From positions 64,001-128,000 of the forward strand of contig JBBRRY010000002.1 in assembly GCA_038245905.1 (NCBI GenBank): a stretch of DNA of 64,000 bases. Direction: 5' to 3'. This document shows, one piece after another, positions 59,171-64,000 of the stretch (the stretch's first letter is position 1; every line of letters starts with the position of its first letter). The stretch is from Thermoanaerobaculia bacterium (GTDB lineage: Bacteria; Acidobacteriota; Thermoanaerobaculia; UBA5066). Below the pieces are notes generated by a model, which saw nothing but the letters and a program-made list of their open reading frames with translations, did no database searches and had not been told where the DNA came from. The position numbers were made by a program, and so were the translations under genes.

Positions 59171-59976
59171 ACAGCCTCCGGATACGAATCGCGCAGCCGG
59201 TCGAAGAGCGCGTAGCCGGCGAGAAAAGCGAAGCTCGCGATCGCGAGAAGGACGCCCCAGCGAGACGGCTCGATCCAGCGGCTGTAGAAGAACGCATCGC
59301 GCCAGGCGTCGAAGAGCGGCGCCGCCGGGTTGAGGACGAGGAGCGCGCGCACGCGCTCCTGCTTGACGTCGGAGAGCGCATAGAGGACGGGCGTCGCGAA
59401 AAACCAGAGAGACAGCACCGTCGCGAGGAGATCTTTCACGTCCCGGAAATGAACGGTGAGCGCGGCGAGGAAGAGGCCGATCCCCGCGAGGAACACTCCT
59501 TCGAGAACGATCAGCGGCAGCGCCTGAAGAAGCGGCCAGCCGATCGGGACCGCCTGGCCGAAAACACCGAAGGAGCCGAGAACGAGACCCGCGAGGAGGA
59601 CGGGCAGCGCGAAGACGAAGTGAATGCCTTGCGCGACGACCGCCACGAGCGGCAGCACCTCGGCAGGGAAGAGGATCTTCCGGAGAAGCGCCCCGTGGGT
59701 CGGGAGGGACGAGGACGCGTCCGTGAGGGCCGACGAGAGCCAGTTCCACGGGAGGAGCCCCGAGAAAAGGAAAAGGGCGTAGGGAGACGTCGACGCGCCG
59801 CGGCCCTGGAAAATGACCGCGAACACGACGGCGTAGACGGCGAGCATGAGGAGCGGATTCAGGAGCGACCAGAAGAATCCGAGGACGCTGCCGCGGTAGC
59901 GGGCCTTGAGCTCGCGGGCCACGAGCACATAGAAGAGCGCGCGATGGCGCCAGAGGCCGACGAGGTTCTTCAGCAC
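59167..59976 (-). CDS. wzm: Polysaccharide ABC exporter permease
   Basis: RELKARYRGSVLGFFWSLLNPL, FRD, FFATPVLY, LNP. Confidence 0.9.
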   Translation of the reverse strand: MLKNLVGLWRHRALFYVLVARELKARYRGSVLGFFWSLLNPLLMLAVYAVVFAVIFQGRGASTSPYALFLFSGLLPWNWLSSALTDASSSLPTHGALLRKILFPAEVLPLVAVVAQGIHFVFALPVLLAGLVLGSFGVFGQAVPIGWPLLQALPLIVLEGVFLAGIGLFLAALTVHFRDVKDLLATVLSLWFFATPVLYALSDVKQERVRALLVLNPAAPLFDAWRDAFFYSRWIEPSRWGVLLAIASFAFLAGYALFDRLRDSYPEAV

Positions 59977-60020
59977 GCGGCGTCCATCCCGACGCGAGCA
60001 TCATACGTAGGATGAGGGTG

Positions 60021-60701
60021 ATGGGCGCCCGCGTGATCGCCGAGTCCCTGACGAAATCGTATGGAGGCGGCCGCGGCGCCGCCGGTGTGGACGCGCTCCT
60101 CGGGGTCTCCCTGACGCTCGAGCCGGGCAGCTTCACGGCGCTCCTCGGACCCTCGGGCTGCGGCAAGTCGACGCTCCTGAACCTCCTCGGCGCTCTCGAC
60201 CGCCCGGCGGGGGGTCGCATCCTGGTCGACGGGCACGATCTCGCGACGCTCTCCGAGGACGCGCGCGACACCTACCGAAGGAAGACCGCCGCCACGATCT
60301 TCCAGTTCTTCAACCTCCTCCCGACGATGACCGCGCTCGAGAACGTCGCGCTCCCGCTCCTCCTGGAAGGCGTCTCCCCGGCAGAAGCCGACGCGCGGGC
60401 CGCGCGAGGCCTCCAGGATCTCGGGATGGGCGACAAGGAGCGCGCCTACCCGTACGAGCTCTCGGGCGGACAGATGCAGCGCGTGGCCGTGGCGCGAGCA
60501 CTCGCGAATGGGCCCGTGCTCCTTCTCGCGGACGAGCCGACGGGCAATCTCGACTCGAAGACCGGCGAGCAGGTCCTCTCTCTCATCGCGGGCCTCGTCG
60601 CGGAACGCGGGATCACCGTCGTGATGGCCACGCATTCGGCCGAGGCGGCGGGGCGCGCCTCGCGCGTCGTGCGCCTGCGCGACGGGCAGCTCCAGTCGTG
60701 A
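60021..60701 (+). CDS. LolD/MacB-type ABC ATP-binding protein
   Basis: GPSGCGKST, FQFFNLLP, LSGGQMQRV, LADEPTGNLD. Confidence 0.9.
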   Translation: MGARVIAESLTKSYGGGRGAAGVDALLGVSLTLEPGSFTALLGPSGCGKSTLLNLLGALDRPAGGRILVDGHDLATLSEDARDTYRRKTAATIFQFFNLLPTMTALENVALPLLLEGVSPAEADARAARGLQDLGMGDKERAYPYELSGGQMQRVAVARALANGPVLLLADEPTGNLDSKTGEQVLSLIAGLVAERGITVVMATHSAEAAGRASRVVRLRDGQLQS

Positions 60702-63403
60702 CCGGCCCTCGCGCCGGATTTCGCGCTCTGATCGGGCCGCTCGTCATTCGCCCGGCGCTGAAGGATCGGCTCCGGTTCCTTCTCACGATCTCGGGCATCG
60801 CCGTCGGCGTCGCGACGGTCGCCGCGATCCGCCTCGCGAACGCCTCGGTGCTGTCGTCTTTCTCCGACACCGTCGACTTCGTCGCCGGAAAGTCCGGGAT
60901 CACGATCCTCGCGGACGGCCCCGGCATCCCCGAAGCGACTCTCCAGCGCCTCGCGTGGGTCCGGCGCGCGGGCGCGACGCTCGCGCCCGCGATCACCGAG
61001 ACGGCGGCGGCCGGCGCGAGAGACGGCGAAGTCGTCGAGGTGCTCGGCATCGACCCGCTCGCGGACACTGCGGCGCGGGAATATTCGTTTGCTGAAGAGG
61101 GAAGAGAGAAGAAAGAGAAGATTTTCTTTGAAGGGGAAGAGGGGAAGATGCGCGCCGAGGCGGCGGCTGACAGCGGCGGCGGCGCGGCGCGCTCCTCCGA
61201 GACACACACCTTCGAAGAATCCCCCCGTCTTTTCTCCATCTTCAAAGCAAATTCCATCCTCGTCACCAGCGCCCTCGCTGAGCGTCACTCGCTACGCGCC
61301 GGGTCTTCGTTTCCCCTCGTTACGAATGGCGTCGAACGCACGTTTCGAGTCGCGGCGATCCTCCAGCCCGTCGGCGCGGCGCGCGCGGCTTCGGGGTCGA
61401 TCGTCTTCATGGACCTCGCCGCCGCGCAGGAAGCTTTCGGAAAGGTCGGCCGGCTCGACCGCATCGACGTCGTGCTCCCCGCGGGTCTCACCGAGGCCGA
61501 TCGTCTCCGGTTCGAGGAGGAGATCCGCGCGTCCCTTCCTCCCGGCACGACCGCGGGCCGCCCCGAGCGCCGCACGGAGACGGTCGACCGCCTCGTGCGC
61601 GCGTTTCGCGTGAACCTCTCGGCCCTCGGTCTCATCGCGCTCCTCGTCGGAATGTACTTCGTCTACAACACACTTTCGATCTCCGTGCTTCGCCGCCGGA
61701 CCGACATCGGGACCGTCCGCGCGCTGGGAGCCTCGAAGCGGTCCGTCTTCGCGGTCTTCCTCGCCGAGGGCCTCGCGCTCGGCGTCCTCGGAAGCGCCGC
61801 AGGCATGGCCCTCGGCGTCGTCCTCGCGAAAGGAGCGCTTCTCCTCGTGGGCGGCACGACGACCGAGATCTACATCCCGTCGGCGCATCCTTCGCTGCAC
61901 CTCGATCCGCTCGTCCTCCTCCTCGCGTTCGCGCTTGGCGTCGCCTCGTCCGTTCTGTCGGCGCTCGCCCCCGCGCTCGAGGCCGCGGGTGTCGACCCTG
62001 CCGCGACGATGCGCCACGGCTCCGTCGAGGCCGTCCGGCGCCGGCGCACACGCCCCCTTGCGCTCATCGGCGCCGCTCTCCTCGTCCTCGCCTTCCTCGC
62101 GACCCGGTTCGGCCCGATCGGCGGCCTGCCGCTCTTCGGGTTCCTATCGGTTTTCCTCATCGTCTCGGGCGTCTCCCTGCTGGCCCCCGCGGCCGTGACG
62201 TTCGCGGCCGCGCGCCTCGACGGGCCCGCGCTCCGTCTTTTCGGCGTCGAGGCGCGTCTCGCGCGCGCGAACCTGACGGGCAGCCTCTCGCGCACCTCGG
62301 TCGCCGTCGCCGCGCTCACGATGGCGCTCGCGATGATGGTCTCCGTCGCGGTCATGGTGGGCTCCTTCCGGACGACCGTCGCGACCTGGGTCTCGCAGAC
62401 CCTGTCGGCGGACCTTTTCATCTCGCCCGCGAGCGGAAAGTCGGGCGTGTCGGTCGGACGGATCCCCGACGCCGCGATCGCGATCGTGCAGGGCGTCGAC
62501 GGAGTGGACGAGATCGATCCCTTCCTCGCCTTCGGAGCGACGCGGGACGGCGTTCCGTTCACGATCGGCTCGGGCCTCTTCGCCTTCATCGCGAAGCACG
62601 GGAACCTGCCCCTCGTCGACGGGCGTGACCCGCGAAAGGTATTCATGGAGGCGCTCGGGAAGGACGAGGCGATGATCTCGGAGCCGTACGCCGAGAAGTT
62701 CCGCGTCAAGACGGGAGACTTCGTCGAGCTTCCGACGGACAAAGGGCCGGTACGGGTGCGCGTTTCCGGAATCTACACGGACTACTCGAACGACCGCGGC
62801 ACGGTCACGCTCGATCGCGCGCACTTTCAGAGACTCTGGCCGCTTACGGGTGCCGTGACGGTCGCCGTCACGCTGAAGGAGGGCGTCTCGCCCGAGGAGG
62901 GCGCGCGGCGGGTTACGGCGGCGCTCCAGGGCCGCTATGTGCTCCGCGTACGCACGAACGCGACGCTGCGAAGGCTCGTCCTCCGGATCTTCGACCGCAC
63001 GTTCGCCGTGACGTACGCGCTCGAGGCCGTCGCACTCGCCGTGGCGGTTCTCGGCGTCCTGAACACGCTCACGGCGCTGGTCCTCGAAAGGCGGCGCGAG
63101 ATCGGCCTCCTGCGCGTCCTCGGCGCCTCGGCCGCGCGCGTGAGGCGTGCCGTGCGCTACGAGGCGGCCGCGATCGGAGGCCTCGGCGTCGGCCTCGGGG
63201 CGCTATCCGGAGGCGCCATGTCGCTCGTCCTCGTCCACGTCATCAACCGCCAGTCGTTCGGCTGGACGATCGCGATGCACCCGCCTTGGGGATTCCTCGC
63301 GGCCGCTCTCAGCCTCGTCTTCGCGACGACGCTCCTCGCCGCCGCCCGCCCCGCCGGCCTCGCCGCGGCTACGGACGTCGCGGCGGCGCTGAAAGAGGAA
63401 TGA
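60698..63403 (+). CDS. Double FtsX/MacB-type ABC permease (AttFG-like)
   Basis: Two MacB/FtsX halves (RRRTDIGTVRALGAS; ERRREIGLLRVLGAS; INRQSFGW). Confidence 0.88.
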   Translation: MTGPRAGFRALIGPLVIRPALKDRLRFLLTISGIAVGVATVAAIRLANASVLSSFSDTVDFVAGKSGITILADGPGIPEATLQRLAWVRRAGATLAPAITETAAAGARDGEVVEVLGIDPLADTAAREYSFAEEGREKKEKIFFEGEEGKMRAEAAADSGGGAARSSETHTFEESPRLFSIFKANSILVTSALAERHSLRAGSSFPLVTNGVERTFRVAAILQPVGAARAASGSIVFMDLAAAQEAFGKVGRLDRIDVVLPAGLTEADRLRFEEEIRASLPPGTTAGRPERRTETVDRLVRAFRVNLSALGLIALLVGMYFVYNTLSISVLRRRTDIGTVRALGASKRSVFAVFLAEGLALGVLGSAAGMALGVVLAKGALLLVGGTTTEIYIPSAHPSLHLDPLVLLLAFALGVASSVLSALAPALEAAGVDPAATMRHGSVEAVRRRRTRPLALIGAALLVLAFLATRFGPIGGLPLFGFLSVFLIVSGVSLLAPAAVTFAAARLDGPALRLFGVEARLARANLTGSLSRTSVAVAALTMALAMMVSVAVMVGSFRTTVATWVSQTLSADLFISPASGKSGVSVGRIPDAAIAIVQGVDGVDEIDPFLAFGATRDGVPFTIGSGLFAFIAKHGNLPLVDGRDPRKVFMEALGKDEAMISEPYAEKFRVKTGDFVELPTDKGPVRVRVSGIYTDYSNDRGTVTLDRAHFQRLWPLTGAVTVAVTLKEGVSPEEGARRVTAALQGRYVLRVRTNATLRRLVLRIFDRTFAVTYALEAVALAVAVLGVLNTLTALVLERRREIGLLRVLGASAARVRRAVRYEAAAIGGLGVGLGALSGGAMSLVLVHVINRQSFGWTIAMHPPWGFLAAALSLVFATTLLAAARPAGLAAATDVAAALKEE
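61089..61255. repeat. Intragenic AT-rich inverted motif pair, copy E
   Basis: GAAGATTTTCTTTGAAGGG (61117-61135), then reversed CCTTCGAAGAATCCCC (61209-61224) and CTTCAAAGCAAATTCC (61240-61255). Confidence 0.6.
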
Positions 63404-64000
63404 TGAAGAACGTCGCGCTCGCGCTCCTCCTCCTCGCCTCACGCTTCGGGTCTCTCGATCCGAAGCAGAAGATTTTCTTCCCCCGCGACCACGGCTCGCA
63501 CGACGACGCACGCGTGGAATGGTGGTACGTCACGGGCCAGCTCGAGACGCCGTCCGGCAGGAGGCTCGGCTACCAGCTCACGTTCTTCCGGACCGGCATC
63601 GAGGACGGGCCGAAGGGAGCCCGCGCCTCGTCCTTTGCCGCGCGCGACCTTTTCCTCGCGCATTTCGCGATCACGGACGCGGCCGCCGGAACATTCCGAT
63701 TCGCGGAGAGGATGCACCGCACGGGTGTTGGAGCGGCCTTCGCGCGCGAGGACCGCCTCGGCGTCGCGAACGAGGACTGGCGCCTCGAGGAGGTCGGCGG
63801 CCGGCTCGTCCTCTTCGCATCCGACGGTGGGGACGAGCTCTCTCTTGTCCTGACGCCCGAGAAGCCTCCCGTCCTCCACGGCGAGGGCGGCCTCTCGAGA
63901 AAGGGGTCGGAGCCCGACGCGGTGAGCCGGTACGTGAGCCTCACGCGCCTCCGTTCCGAGGGCTGGTGGACCTCGGGCGGAAAGAGCGCATCCGTGAGCG
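63400..64000 (+). CDS. AttH/CrtC-like lipocalin-domain protein (truncated by window edge)
   Basis: Not in the ORF track; translates as MMKNVALALLL...FPRDHGSH...EWWYVTG...GYQLTFFRTG...LAHFAITD, typical of proteins downstream of this permease type. Confidence 0.82.
   Translation, partial: MMKNVALALLLLASRFGSLDPKQKIFFPRDHGSHDDARVEWWYVTGQLETPSGRRLGYQLTFFRTGIEDGPKGARASSFAARDLFLAHFAITDAAAGTFRFAERMHRTGVGAAFAREDRLGVANEDWRLEEVGGRLVLFASDGGDELSLVLTPEKPPVLHGEGGLSRKGSEPDAVSRYVSLTRLRSEGWWTSGGKSASVS

Noticed and set aside
60021-64000. ABC ATPase, double permease and AttH/CrtC-like gene as a novel system
   Set aside because: This gene trio is a widespread known arrangement; only the embedded repeat insertion is unusual.

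Overview
A very GC-rich, densely coding bacterial chromosome segment with about 48 CDS. I see no rRNA, tRNA, CRISPR array or transposase. The Oar-type TonB receptors, tandem secreted-repeat domains and many GT-C glycosyltransferases suggest an Acidobacteriota (Thermoanaerobaculia-like) host; this is an inference. Left part: korAB, a vapBC toxin-antitoxin pair, and a three-gene module (membrane-anchored amidase, MamK-like actin, bitopic SPOR protein) with no other magnetosome genes, followed by housekeeping genes. Middle part: speA, a class A beta-lactamase-like gene, yqgE, and a DedA-rhodanese gene whose active-site CxC reads C-T-TGA followed by a SECIS-like hairpin (probable selenoprotein). 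Right part (about 27-60 kb): a lipid-linked glycosylation island with three YfhO-like proteins, a PMT-like protein, an archaeal AglB/STT3-like oligosaccharyltransferase with an altered WWDYG motif, GT2 enzymes, wzm/wzt, and an arn cluster interrupted by a duplicated [TonB receptor + AlkP-TPR] unit. Two DNA-level patterns stand out: an AT-rich motif (roughly GAGATTTTCTTAGAAGG) that recurs as inverted pairs inside unrelated coding sequences, and pervasive leaderless-type promoters (TAnnnT 6-7 nt before the start codon). All calls come from reading motifs by eye; no database searches were run.
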